From Candidatus Iainarchaeum sp. (GTDB lineage: Archaea > Iainarchaeota > Iainarchaeia > Iainarchaeales > Iainarchaeaceae), in the NCBI GenBank assembly GCA_043812975.1, contig JBDRLP010000024.1, forward strand, positions 1 through 14,445: 14,445 nucleotides of DNA. Reading direction: 5' to 3'. Made by a program: the position numbers and the translations under genes. Positions 7,451 through 14,445 of the stretch are shown in pieces. The notes beneath the pieces are model-generated. The model saw nothing but the letters and a program-made list of their open reading frames with translations, was not told the origin of the DNA and ran no database searches. The number at the start of each line of letters is the position of its first letter. Positions within the stretch are counted from its first letter, which is position 1.

Positions 7451-8523
7451 AGCTAATGAACAAAAAAATCGCAGTTTTATCCGGAGATGGTATAGGTCCT
7501 GAAATAACAGAACAGGCAGTACTGGCTCTGAAAAAGATTGCTGAAAAATTTAAACATGAGTTTGAATTTAAGGAAGCCGATATTGGATATGTTGCTTATG
7601 AAAAGCACGGTCATTCACTTCCAAAGGAAACAATAGAAATTTGCAAGAATTCAGATGCTGTTTTGCTAGGGGCAATTGGTGATCCAAGAGCTGAAAAGCT
7701 TCCTCCGCAGGACCAACCAGAAAGAGCTGCATTGCTTCCTCTTAGAAAAATATTTGAATTGTATGCAAACCTTCGCCCAGCAAAAGTATTTCCTGCTCTT
7801 GTTGATGCTTCTCCATTGAAAAAAGAAATTATCGGAGAAGGACTTGACATTATTACTATTCGTGAATTAACCGGCGGAATTTATTTTGGAAAAAAAGATG
7901 TTGCTGAGGATAATTCCTGGAGAAGTGATGAATTAAAATATTCCCGTTTTGAAATTGAAAGAATTGCTAGAAAAGCTTTTGAAATTGCTCGAACAAGACC
8001 AAGAAAAAAAGTTACTTCAATAGATAAGGCAAATGTTTTGTACTCTTCTGTTCTTTGGAGAGAAGTTGTTGAGGAAGTTCATAAGGATTATTCTGATATT
8101 GAATTAGAACATTATTATGTTGATAATGCTGCAATGCAACTGATAAAGAACCCGCATCAATTTGATGTTATTGTTACCTCAAATCTGTTTGGAGATATTC
8201 TTTCTGATGAATCAAGTATGATTACTGGTTCTTTGGGAATGCTTCCAAGTGCTTCATTAGGAGAAGGTTCTTTTGGATTATACGAACCAATTCACGGAAG
8301 TGCTCCAAAGTACACTGGCATGGATGTTGCTAATCCAATTGCAACTATTTTGAGTGCTGCAATGCTTCTCAAGTACTCTTTTGGCCTGGATAAAGAAGCC
8401 AAAGCAATTGAGGATGCGGTTGAAAAAACAATTGAAAAGTACAGAACAAAAGACATTTTTGTTGAAGGCACAACCCTTATTGGTACTAAAGAAATGGGTA
8501 AGAGAATAACTGAAAACATCTAA
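7447..8523 (+). CDS. leuB: 3-isopropylmalate dehydrogenase
   Basis: GDGIGPE, NLRP, RELTGGIYFG, DKANVL, NLFGDILSD, EPIHGSAP. GTGA overlap with ilvC (alternative ATG at 7456). Confidence 0.95.
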   Translation: MKLMNKKIAVLSGDGIGPEITEQAVLALKKIAEKFKHEFEFKEADIGYVAYEKHGHSLPKETIEICKNSDAVLLGAIGDPRAEKLPPQDQPERAALLPLRKIFELYANLRPAKVFPALVDASPLKKEIIGEGLDIITIRELTGGIYFGKKDVAEDNSWRSDELKYSRFEIERIARKAFEIARTRPRKKVTSIDKANVLYSSVLWREVVEEVHKDYSDIELEHYYVDNAAMQLIKNPHQFDVIVTSNLFGDILSDESSMITGSLGMLPSASLGEGSFGLYEPIHGSAPKYTGMDVANPIATILSAAMLLKYSFGLDKEAKAIEDAVEKTIEKYRTKDIFVEGTTLIGTKEMGKRITENI

Positions 8524-8526
8524 AGA

Positions 8527-8534
8527 TTTAAATA
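8527..8534 (+). promoter_or_regulatory. TATA box TTTAAATA for the leaderless 72-aa ORF
   Basis: 21 nt upstream of ATG 8556. Confidence 0.55.
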
Positions 8535-8555
8535 TTATAGAATTCTTCTAAATTT

Positions 8556-8774
8556 ATGAAGCCTAGAAAACCCTATAAGGGTCCTGAGAGAAGAGAAGCT
8601 CAGGAACCCAGAAGAAAAAAAGAAGAAACTACTTTTTTTCGAAGAGGGTTTAAAGGAGTAAAAAAATACTTCAAATGGCTTTATGGTGAAGATGATATTC
8701 TCACAGGAACTGACCGTAGAAAAAGAACCCTTCCCAAAAGAGAATCTGATTGGTCAAAACAAAGATCTGAATAG
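8556..8774 (+). CDS. Small Arg/Lys-rich hypothetical protein (72 aa)
   Basis: Has its own TATA box and a downstream terminator-like hairpin, and fills an otherwise empty gap. Contains YKGPERR and TGTDRR. Confidence 0.65.
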   Translation: MKPRKPYKGPERREAQEPRRKKEETTFFRRGFKGVKKYFKWLYGEDDILTGTDRRKRTLPKRESDWSKQRSE

Positions 8775-8810
8775 TTATAAAAAATTATCAATAATTTGAT
8801 TATATCAGAT

Positions 8811-8840
8811 GCCCCTTCTGAGGGGTTTTTCTATTTTTTT
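8811..8840 (+). terminator. Hairpin + T-tract terminator between convergent genes
   Basis: GCCCCT-TCTG-AGGGGT followed by TTTTCTATTTTTTT. Confidence 0.6.
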
Positions 8841-9709
8841 AATTTTTTTTCAACTTCTTTTGAATTTCCATCAAAATTCTCTTCAAGATAAATAATATTT
8901 TTGTAAAATTTCATTTTTGGAATTTCTTCAAATGCTTCCTTGTACTGGTGTTCTAATGTTCCTTTTTCTGAAATGAAATAATCAGCAAAATCCTTTAGTT
9001 TGAATTTCTTTTCATTATTATCTTCAGAATGAATAACACACGTGTCATAGTTTCCTTTTTCTTTCAACCATTTCGGAGGATCCTTATCCCCAATAGAACC
9101 TATTACCAGATTCTTATTTTCCAATAAATCATCAACCAATTCTTTTTTCAGTTTTGTTCCTTTTTTTAATTCAGTTTCTTTTTTTATTTTTATTATTACA
9201 TGTTTTTTTCCTTTACTTATTATTTCAAACCCTGATTCTAGAAAAACATTAAGCATTTTTCTTTCAAGTTCCTTATTAGTTTCATCAATCAAAATAGGGC
9301 AATCGTACTTTTCAAACAATTCAAAGTTTATGCAGAATCCTTCTCTTCCTGTTTTGCTTGTTGGACCATCAACAATAATCAAATCATATTTTTCTCCCAG
9401 ATTTTTTTTCAATGCCTCTATGTCATACCAGTAGTATCCTTTGTACTCTTTTATCGGAGCATAAATGTATCCGACTCCTAAGTATTTTCCCACGTATTTT
9501 GTATCATGTTCTACAGAATCAACTTTGTATAAGTATGAGAGTATTTGTGAACTTTTTCCAGAACCAATTTCAAGTATTTTGCTTCCTGCTGGAAGATTTT
9601 TCTTTACCCAGTCAAAAAAAGTGTAATGCAAAACGCATTTTTTTCGATTATCTTTCTGGGCTTCCTCAATTTCTTTTACTTCTTTAATGTACTTTTCTTC
9701 ATTATTCAT
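8831..9709 (-). CDS. Class I SAM-dependent methyltransferase-like protein with an extra C-terminal region
   Basis: ILEIGSGKSS (motif I), VDSVEHD and YDLIIVDGP in the N-terminal ~175 aa, then a Lys-rich linker and an unassigned domain. Confidence 0.65.
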   Translation of the reverse strand: MNNEEKYIKEVKEIEEAQKDNRKKCVLHYTFFDWVKKNLPAGSKILEIGSGKSSQILSYLYKVDSVEHDTKYVGKYLGVGYIYAPIKEYKGYYWYDIEALKKNLGEKYDLIIVDGPTSKTGREGFCINFELFEKYDCPILIDETNKELERKMLNVFLESGFEIISKGKKHVIIKIKKETELKKGTKLKKELVDDLLENKNLVIGSIGDKDPPKWLKEKGNYDTCVIHSEDNNEKKFKLKDFADYFISEKGTLEHQYKEAFEEIPKMKFYKNIIYLEENFDGNSKEVEKKLKK

Positions 9710-9870
9710 TTTTTATCTTCCACTGTAAATTCTGCTTCTATTTCATTAGGATCTTTTTTTGGCCCGTATGCTGGTTTTTTTGTTATCCAGCTCCAAATGA
9801 ATTTTGTGATTACTACTGGAATCAGAATAATAAGTAGAATAATATCAAACAATTTTGCCCAAAAACTCAT
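9706..9870 (-). CDS. Small single-pass membrane protein (54 aa), not in the ORF track
   Basis: MSFWAKLFDIILLIILIPVVITKFIWSWITKKPAYGPKKDPNEIEAEFTVEDKK. ATGA overlap with the methyltransferase-like gene. TATA box 22 nt upstream. Confidence 0.72.
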   Translation of the reverse strand: MSFWAKLFDIILLIILIPVVITKFIWSWITKKPAYGPKKDPNEIEAEFTVEDKK

Positions 9871-9892
9871 TTTAGAATTCTTTATGAAAATC

Positions 9893-9953
9893 TTTATATA
9901 ACCTTTAAATCCATATATTTTGAATATTTTTCCAATTCAAAAAAATTTAAATA
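9893..9953. promoter_or_regulatory. Divergent TATA boxes
   Basis: TTATATAAA on minus (9893-9901) is 22 nt before ATG 9870. TTTAAATA on plus (9946-9953) is 22 nt before ATG 9976. Confidence 0.6.
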
Positions 9954-9975
9954 TTAGAAAGCCCTTATAAAATCA

Positions 9976-10863
9976 ATGAATTTCTTGAAAATAGCGCTGA
10001 TTTTTTCCTTATTTGTTTTGGTTAGTGGTTGCCTTGGGGAAATGGGGGAAACCCGTTCTCTGAGTAATGATTCTGATTATTATGGCGATTCTATTGGCGG
10101 AGGTTTTGCAGAGGAAGCAAAATCAGCTCCTAGTTCTGCAATGGATTTTTCACAAAAAGTTGCTCAGGGAGAAAGAGTAGTAATAAAGAGTGGTTCTGCT
10201 TCTGTTGAGGTAGTACAGGGAACTCTTGAACAAAAATTAGTGGAATTAAAACAATTAATTGCAAACAATGGCGGAACAGTTGAAAATATCAGGTATTCAT
10301 CCACTGAAAGCTCTAAGAGTTATAATATCGAGGTTAAGGTTCCTCCCACAAGCTTTGATTCTATTTCTTCCGGATTGCAAAACATTGGAACAATGAAAAG
10401 CCTTTCCACTAATTCTGATGATGTTACTTATGAGTACATTGATTTGGAGGCTCAAATTAAAAATTTAGAAGTTCAAAAACAAAGGTTGCTTGAGATTTAT
10501 ACTAAGGCAGAAACAATTGAAAGTATTGTGGAACTCGAATCTGAAATTAATCGTGTTCAAACCCGGATTGATTCCTCTACTTCGCGTAAGAATTTTATTG
10601 AAAGACAGGCAGCAAGAGCAACTTTGAACATTAACATTTTCGAGGAAGCCCCTATTATTGATAAATCATTAATTCTTCCTCTGAACGATGCGGTTAATAC
10701 TTTGATTGCTGCACTTGGAGTTGGAATAATAATAATTTCCGGTTTGATTGGTTTTGCAATTCCATTTGTAATAGTTCTGCTGATTATAATTGGAATCATA
10801 AAAGTTCTGAGAAAATATCTTTTCAAGAATTTGAAGATTCCTTACTTTGACAAGAAAAAGTGA
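9976..10863 (+). CDS. DUF4349-like membrane/lipoprotein
   Basis: Signal peptide ending LVSGC. The pattern VIKSGSASVEV...GGTVE...VKVP...SDDVTYEYIDLEAQIKNLE...RLLEIY...VELESEINRVQ matches DUF4349 as I recall it. C-terminal TM hairpin. Confidence 0.8.
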   Translation: MNFLKIALIFSLFVLVSGCLGEMGETRSLSNDSDYYGDSIGGGFAEEAKSAPSSAMDFSQKVAQGERVVIKSGSASVEVVQGTLEQKLVELKQLIANNGGTVENIRYSSTESSKSYNIEVKVPPTSFDSISSGLQNIGTMKSLSTNSDDVTYEYIDLEAQIKNLEVQKQRLLEIYTKAETIESIVELESEINRVQTRIDSSTSRKNFIERQAARATLNINIFEEAPIIDKSLILPLNDAVNTLIAALGVGIIIISGLIGFAIPFVIVLLIIIGIIKVLRKYLFKNLKIPYFDKKK

Positions 10864-11903
10864 TTTATATCAAACCATTGATTTGTGCAGTAGTACTTTT
10901 AATAATTTTTTTCAGTGGTTGCCCCAAAACAATACCAGAACCAACTGAACTTCCGGATGATTTTGAAATTACTTATTCTTCGGGTGCAATGCACCTGGAA
11001 TGGGGTGGTTTTGAATTCAAAGCTGCTGCTTCCGGCAAAGCTTACTTGATTAATACTATGGGTATGGAAATGGAAGTTAGAAAAGATTTTACTGTTACTT
11101 ATGAAGAATTATTAGAAATTTATAAAGCTGCAGTTGTAAATGATTTCTTTTCCCTTAATGATTCATATGAAGATCCTTTTGTAATGGATGGAGGGTGGAG
11201 TAAAATAAGCATTTATGCTAATGGTTCAAGGAAAAATGTTTCTATTTCTAATTATCAAAATGATCAGTTTGATGCAGTTAGTAGTAAAGTGGCAGGGTTA
11301 GTAACTTCAAAACTTGGTACTGATGCTTTTTTTCCTAATTTTTTTGATTATTGTGATGAACAAAGAATTGAATGTATAGAAAGACCAATGATTTACAAGT
11401 GCCCAGATGCAAAGTGTGACATTTCTGATCCTGTGTGTGATGAATGGGCTGAGTATTGTAGTTGGGATTATGGTGAAATACCAACACCTACCGGGGAACT
11501 AACTCCTGTGTATTGTGATAAGTTACAGAACCGAGAAGAGTGTATTGATTATTGCACTTGGAATGATTGTTCACAGGAATTATGTGATACTTTGGTTTTT
11601 GAGGCTCCTGAATGCACTGAATGCAGTCCTGGTTGTTGTGAGCATTGTACTGATCTTAGTTATTGTACATCAATAATTGGGTGTGATGTAGCATGGATTT
11701 TGCCAATGGATGGTGCTTGGGAGTTTGGCGGATGCAGTAATATTGATTTGTGCATGGGTTCTGAAGAAGCCTGTGCTGGCTTGTCTTCTAATTATCAGGG
11801 ATATGAAGTAGCTGCAGCAACAGAAGAGAATTCGGATATTGCAGGGATATACCAGAGCATATCTGCGCTTCTTGAATCAGCTTATTTGGATAATTGTGAA
11901 TAG
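10860..11903 (+). CDS. Secreted/lipid-anchored acidic protein with a Cys-rich C-terminal half
   Basis: Lipobox-like FFSGC. 22 Cys in the C-terminal ~185 aa. GTGA overlap with the upstream gene. Confidence 0.8.
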   Translation: MIYIKPLICAVVLLIIFFSGCPKTIPEPTELPDDFEITYSSGAMHLEWGGFEFKAAASGKAYLINTMGMEMEVRKDFTVTYEELLEIYKAAVVNDFFSLNDSYEDPFVMDGGWSKISIYANGSRKNVSISNYQNDQFDAVSSKVAGLVTSKLGTDAFFPNFFDYCDEQRIECIERPMIYKCPDAKCDISDPVCDEWAEYCSWDYGEIPTPTGELTPVYCDKLQNREECIDYCTWNDCSQELCDTLVFEAPECTECSPGCCEHCTDLSYCTSIIGCDVAWILPMDGAWEFGGCSNIDLCMGSEEACAGLSSNYQGYEVAAATEENSDIAGIYQSISALLESAYLDNCE

Positions 11904-11910
11904 TTTTTGA

Positions 11911-12387
11911 TTAATGCCCTTGAAGTTTTGCGCATTCATCAAGGTATAAGCCAAAGAAACTACTGAAGCTATTCATCAATTTTCCTGTTTTTACCTCTCC
12001 AAAAAGTTCCATAAAGTTAGAATACACTTGAAGTCTCATCGTACGTTGAATTTCAGGAGTAAATTGCATGAATTTTTTATTGTGTATTGATTTAATCCCT
12101 TCAACAATCACATTGCGCATATGTGGATTTCCATTTGATACTTCTGCATAATCAATTGCCCTTTTAACTGCTTTTTCCAGAAATGCTTCATAGTCAGAGT
12201 AATATATTGGCAAATTTCCTCTTTCTGTAAGTCTGATTACTTTGCCCCTGTCAGTATCTTTAACAGAATTCAGATGTTCCTTAACAGACTCACGAACTCT
12301 TTTCCTGTGCCTAGATAAGCGTGTAATTATTTTATGATCCAAAAAACCTGTTATTGCATTCCTAGCTTTGAATAATTGGTGCTTCAT
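11911..12387 (-). CDS. Hypothetical protein (158 aa, basic N-terminus)
   Basis: ORF fills the gap. TTAAATA on minus (12410-12416) is 22 nt upstream of the ATG. No motif recognised. Confidence 0.7.
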   Translation of the reverse strand: MKHQLFKARNAITGFLDHKIITRLSRHRKRVRESVKEHLNSVKDTDRGKVIRLTERGNLPIYYSDYEAFLEKAVKRAIDYAEVSNGNPHMRNVIVEGIKSIHNKKFMQFTPEIQRTMRLQVYSNFMELFGEVKTGKLMNSFSSFFGLYLDECAKLQGH

Positions 12388-12484
12388 ACTAAGAACAAAC
12401 TTAGCATACTATTTAACAGTTATGTGTGGGTTTCTCACTTCCACTTTAAAAGCAATTATTCCCTTATTTGTTAGGAGATTTTAA

Positions 12485-13030
12485 ATGGGTAATTTTTATT
12501 TCGATATTGAAACCACTGGTCTTGATGCTAAAAAGAGCAAGATTATTACTATTCAGTATCAGGAACTGGATAGGCATACTGGTGAAGCTATTAGTGATTT
12601 GATTATTCTAAAAGAATGGGAAAGTTCTGAAAGAGATATTATTGAGAAGTTCATTAAGGATTCAAAAATTGATTCAAATTACGCCTTTGATTTTATTCCA
12701 ACCGGTTACAACCTTGGTTTTGAACACAATTTTTTAAGAGAAAGAACAGCAAAGCACAGTCTTAATCCATTAGATATTCTTTCAAAACCTTTCATTGATT
12801 TAAGATCAATCGGTATTTTGATGAATAATGGAGAATTCAAAGGAAGTGGGTTGGATAAAATAACCAATAAGGAAACAGACGGAAGCCAGATTCCTGTTTG
12901 GTATGAGAACAAAGAATACTCTCGCATCATTCAGTACATTGAAAACGAAACCAAGTCTTTCATAGAATTCAATGCTTGGTTGTACAAGGAAATGCCTTCT
13001 CTTTTAGAGAAATTCAAAAGCAAATTATAG
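12485..13030 (+). CDS. RNase H-like / DEDD 3'-5' exonuclease-family protein (YprB/PolB-exo-like)
   Basis: ExoI FDIETTG, ExoII-like GYNLGFE, ExoIII-like YIENE, and the G..IP.WY segment. SD AGGAG at 12473-12477. TATA-like TTTAAAA at 12445-12451. Confidence 0.8.
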   Translation: MGNFYFDIETTGLDAKKSKIITIQYQELDRHTGEAISDLIILKEWESSERDIIEKFIKDSKIDSNYAFDFIPTGYNLGFEHNFLRERTAKHSLNPLDILSKPFIDLRSIGILMNNGEFKGSGLDKITNKETDGSQIPVWYENKEYSRIIQYIENETKSFIEFNAWLYKEMPSLLEKFKSKL

Positions 13031-13033
13031 TTT

Positions 13034-14320
13034 TTAGGTTTTTGTTGGATCTGCTACTTTTCCTAAAAATAGTATCATGCCGGAATCTTTGTCAATGATT
13101 GCGAATATGAACGGGTGATCTGCTTTGAATATTGTCGGGTCACCAATGGATGATGTTTTTTCCATAATAACTGCGGTTGCAGCTGCTGCTTCAGTGCCTT
13201 CCTCATTTACTTCCACAAAAGACTGATGAATGACCTCGCTTATTAACAATCTTTCATCAGAAATTCCAAAAAAATCCGCATTAGGAGAAAAAGCATCTAT
13301 CATGCCTATGTTTGGAAGGTTTTCTTTGAGAAAATACTTTTCCTCAAACTTAAATTTAGGAATATAAATCGGGAGTTCTGTTTTTTGCAATGAATTTCTA
13401 TAAGAATTAATTTTTTGAGCATTAAGAGATTCTTCCAGATTTGAAAGTGAATCCTCTGTTGGAAGAAGTATGAGCATTGAAAGTTTGTCTCCTTTGTAAG
13501 GTAATTCTAAAACCTGTGCTAATTCATCTTCAGCATAATCAAAACCATCATCATTCTTAGTTATTCTCATCATATCTGTCATTACAGTTCCATCAGGGGT
13601 TCTGAATTCTTCTTCTCTTGTATCCTTTGGATCAAACTGGATTTGCCAGGTTCCCTTGAAATAAACAGCATTTGTAAGAACAAGTCTTGTATCGGAGGAA
13701 AGTGTGTTCGGTGGTATTAAATCTTTTATTTTGTCATTGGTTTTATCTTCTACCCAGGTGTTTATAGTGTTTGTAGCCTGTGCTGACTGAGCAAAGTCCA
13801 GTTCCCGAGCTTCTGCTCCATAATAAGTTTTTACAGTGTTTACAAAACCCTCTAACATTTGAAGACTATCATCAGCCCAAATAGCATTCGCTGTACTCAT
13901 TTGGTAGGCATCATTCGGAGAATTAATAGAATTGAATAAGTGTGCAAAAGCACTTTGTCTTTCAGAATCATTTGCAGGAAGATTAAGAACCTGTTGCATT
14001 TCAAGGAGTGTGTTTCCTCTTGCACCTTCCTGTGTCATTCCAAGTGCTGAGGAAAGAGACCATGGGGAAATGAAAACATTTTTTCCTTCTTCATTAATCT
14101 CATTGTACATTTCGAATGCAAAATCATTTGTACCCTGTGCAAGTGTTCCAACTGACTGAACAGTGTAACCAGAATCATCCATTTTTGAAAATTCAACGGG
14201 GATTATAGGATTTCCATTATTTGGATCTGGGGTTGTAGGATCACCATTATTTGGATTTGTATTAGGGCATCCAGCTAAAGCAACTCCAATAAAAAGAAGT
14301 GCAAGTATTGCTTTTTTCAT
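13034..14320 (-). CDS. Serpin (serine protease inhibitor) with lipoprotein signal
   Basis: NVFISPWS, INTWVEDKTNDKIKDL, LTNAVYFKGTW, LELPYKG, IPKFK, hinge EEGTEAAAATAV and FKADHPFIFAI. Signal ends ALAGC. TTTTTAT box 23 nt upstream. Confidence 0.96.
   Translation of the reverse strand: MKKAILALLFIGVALAGCPNTNPNNGDPTTPDPNNGNPIIPVEFSKMDDSGYTVQSVGTLAQGTNDFAFEMYNEINEEGKNVFISPWSLSSALGMTQEGARGNTLLEMQQVLNLPANDSERQSAFAHLFNSINSPNDAYQMSTANAIWADDSLQMLEGFVNTVKTYYGAEARELDFAQSAQATNTINTWVEDKTNDKIKDLIPPNTLSSDTRLVLTNAVYFKGTWQIQFDPKDTREEEFRTPDGTVMTDMMRITKNDDGFDYAEDELAQVLELPYKGDKLSMLILLPTEDSLSNLEESLNAQKINSYRNSLQKTELPIYIPKFKFEEKYFLKENLPNIGMIDAFSPNADFFGISDERLLISEVIHQSFVEVNEEGTEAAAATAVIMEKTSSIGDPTIFKADHPFIFAIIDKDSGMILFLGKVADPTKT
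14206..14256. repeat. Two-copy direct repeat (30-nt period) encoding PNNG(D/N)P in the serpin linker
   Basis: TAGGATTTCCATTATTTGGAT (14206-14226) vs TAGGATCACCATTATTTGGAT (14236-14256), 19/21 identical. Confidence 0.75.
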
Positions 14321-14382
14321 GACAAAATAGGGGTTATTCTAAGATAAAAACCTGTTGTTTTCCTTAGCATTATCTCTAACTT

Positions 14383-14445
14383 TTAACCATAGAACATTAC
14401 TTCATTTTCTCTTGTTTCATTTACGCGTATAAGCTTTGCATAAAC
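14383..14445 (-). CDS. Possible 3' end of a gene entering from the right edge
   Basis: Open minus frame ...VYAKLIRVNETRENEVMFYG-stop. Too short to identify. Confidence 0.3.
   Translation of the reverse strand, partial: VYAKLIRVNETRENEVMFYG

Noticed and set aside
5053..8519. Minus-strand ORFs 5053-5361, 5437-5652, 6034-6222, 7177-7368, 7611-7850, 8292-8519
   Set aside because: Entirely antisense to conserved ilvB/ilvH/leuB/ilvC. Their Ser/Phe/Ile-rich composition is typical of reverse-frame artefacts.
9412..9901. Plus-strand ORFs 9412-9687 and 9626-9901
   Set aside because: They overlap two better-supported minus-strand genes (motifs, ATGA coupling, TATA box).
11350..11903. Multiheme cytochrome or ferredoxin
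   Set aside because: No CxxCH and no CxxCxxCxxxC motifs, and the protein is predicted to be exported.
12426..12444. Weak inverted repeat GTGGG...CTCAC/CCAC in the divergent intergenic region
   Set aside because: Only 4-5 bp arms, expected by chance.
10557..14159. ORFs 10557-10826(-), 12706-12930(-), 13932-14159(+)
   Set aside because: Antisense shadows of the DUF4349-like, exonuclease and serpin genes.
1..14445. CRISPR array, IS/transposase, integrase, rRNA/tRNA
   Set aside because: No spaced repeats, terminal inverted repeats, recombinase motifs or RNA-gene signatures seen. Intergenic gaps are all short.

Overview
AT-rich archaeal-looking window: TTTAAATA/TTATATAA TATA boxes sit about 20-23 nt before many start codons, implying leaderless mRNAs. 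Gene content fits a DPANN lineage such as Diapherotrites/Iainarchaeota, which is an inference. The left two-thirds is a branched-chain amino acid (BCAA)/pantothenate cluster: partial panB (-), divergent ilvE + nitroreductase, an MsrQ/YedZ-like heme-b membrane protein, then a tightly coupled leuA-ilvB-ilvH-ilvC-leuB operon. leuCD and ilvD are not in the window. The right third holds small orphan ORFs, a SAM-methyltransferase-like gene, three lipobox proteins (DUF4349-like, a 22-Cys acidic protein, a serpin) and an RNase H-like exonuclease. The best observation is absent from the ORF track. A 21-codon ORF (2568-2633, MNSSNISKVALILLLVLVLLA) lies directly behind a TATA box and 78 nt before leuA. 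Eleven of its last 13 codons are Leu/Val/Ile, and a GC-stem hairpin with competing pairings over the leuA ribosome-binding site follows it. This is a candidate BCAA-sensing leader-peptide attenuator in an archaeal transcription context.
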